Shown piece after piece: positions 63,177 through 64,000 of a DNA stretch of 64,000 bases. A model generated the notes under the pieces. That model was not told where the DNA came from. It saw only the letters and a program-made list of their open reading frames with translations, and searched no databases. Where the stretch lies: the IMG/VR virus record IMGVR_UViG_3300009131_000001, positions 17,814 through 81,813 of that record. One strand, 5' to 3'. How positions within the stretch are numbered: the stretch's first letter is position 1; each line of letters begins with the position of its first letter. This DNA is from a virus. Lineage: Duplodnaviria > Heunggongvirae > Uroviricota > Caudoviricetes. The translations under genes were made by a program, and so were the position numbers.

Positions 63177-64000
63177 TGGGAATTGATGTAGGACTATCTG
63201 AGGTTGATAGAATAGAGGTGGTATTTGAGGAAGTAAATAATGAAGATATTACAGTTGAATTATTAGATAATCCTGTAACCATTGAATTAGAGACTCCTCC
63301 TGAAATACAAGTAGCTATTAATGAAATATATTCGGATGTTAATGTTATACTAGACCATGACAAGTTAATTAATAGGAATTTAAATAAGCAGCATACTGCC
63401 GAGACTATTCAAGAATCTACATCTAAAAGATTTACATCAGACACTGAGATAAGTAATTTAGAACCTAAAAGGGGGATTGATGATTTTTATATTACCGATG
63501 CCGAAAAAAACCAAGGAGGTTTAGCAACAGGTAACGTTGTATTGCCTACTGTTAAAGATGTTGCTGATTACGTTAGTAGTTTAACATATAAACTTATAGC
63601 AAGTTTTAATCCAATCGTAGGCACTGTGGGATTTTCTACAATATATGATAATAATGGCAAATTATTAAGCGATTATAATATTAAAAGATGTATAATAGAA
63701 ATTTATATTGCAACAAATGTAAACAGTGTTCAATTTGGAGAGTTATCAATAAATAACGTTAAAACATTAACATATAAACAAACAGGAAATTTAAGATCAG
63801 GTATTATTATTAGAAATAATTCTGAATCATACAATTGGATTAATATCGATTTTTTAGGGTTATTAAAATTTACAACATACGGGAATAATTCTACAACTCA
63901 ATTAAATGATACTTCGTTTACAAATGCAAGTTATCAGGGCATAAATAGATCAATTTTAAATGGTATATTAAATAAGTTAGATTTAACTCTTGGTGGAGGT
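63176..64000 (+). CDS. Structural protein, partial at the 3' end (runs off the window). Candidate tail or fibre protein.
   Basis: ATG at 63176 overlaps the upstream stop (TAATG). The frame is open to the end of the window and the protein is Asn/Thr-rich. Confidence 0.45.
   Translation, partial: MGIDVGLSEVDRIEVVFEEVNNEDITVELLDNPVTIELETPPEIQVAINEIYSDVNVILDHDKLINRNLNKQHTAETIQESTSKRFTSDTEISNLEPKRGIDDFYITDAEKNQGGLATGNVVLPTVKDVADYVSSLTYKLIASFNPIVGTVGFSTIYDNNGKLLSDYNIKRCIIEIYIATNVNSVQFGELSINNVKTLTYKQTGNLRSGIIIRNNSESYNWINIDFLGLLKFTTYGNNSTTQLNDTSFTNASYQGINRSILNGILNKLDLTLGGG

Noticed and set aside
1-64000. Stop-codon reassignment, suggested by a possible suppressor-like tRNA
   Set aside because: All long late ORFs (TerL 1129 aa, portal 845 aa, MCP candidate 499 aa) are intact under the standard code, so there is no evidence of TAG, TGA or TAA recoding in this window.
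1-64000. Temperate lifestyle / prophage
   Set aside because: No integrase, recombinase or CI-like repressor module was recognised. The tRNA-like gene has no adjacent integrase. Gene order and content fit a virulent phage.

Overview
This AT-rich window (roughly 30% GC) appears to hold most of the genome of a virulent tailed dsDNA phage. No integrase, CRISPR array or host core genes are visible.

The genes form two opposed blocks. The minus-strand block runs from 40044 down to 2359. It carries many small early ORFs plus a T7-like DNA replication module: a family A DNA polymerase, an SF2 helicase, a DnaB-like helicase, a TOPRIM primase, a gp2.5-like SSB, a T7 endonuclease I-like resolvase, an AAA_24/Sak4-like ATPase, a PD-(D/E)xK nuclease and MazG. 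The plus-strand block runs from 40721 to the window end and probably continues around into the partial gene at 1..2280. It carries late morphogenesis genes: a candidate small terminase, a large terminase interrupted by a LAGLIDADG intein, portal, scaffold and major capsid candidates, tandem paralogous structural proteins and tail genes.

The two blocks diverge at a 675-bp control region (40045-40720) containing AT-rich direct repeats, stacked palindromes, direct repeats and a Bacteroidota-type promoter (TTTG-N20-TAnnTTTG). They converge at a bidirectional terminator near 2325-2360. Plus-strand genes lack Shine-Dalgarno sequences, which together with the promoter type suggests a Bacteroidota host, probably Flavobacteriia.

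The accessory content is unusual:
- a viperin-like radical SAM enzyme
- a UDG homolog with both catalytic residues substituted
- a pyruvoyl-dependent arginine decarboxylase (PdaD)
- a ferritin inside the head morphogenesis module
- a DUF2829 (Tad2-like) protein
- an SPFH/band-7 lipoprotein with small membrane partners beside an oversized tRNA-like gene
- at least five homing-endonuclease-type genes (2 HNH, 2 GIY-YIG, the intein LAGLIDADG, plus a NUMOD1-like N-terminus on a metallophosphoesterase)

Every assignment rests on motif-level reading of the supplied translations and raw sequence. No database search was possible.
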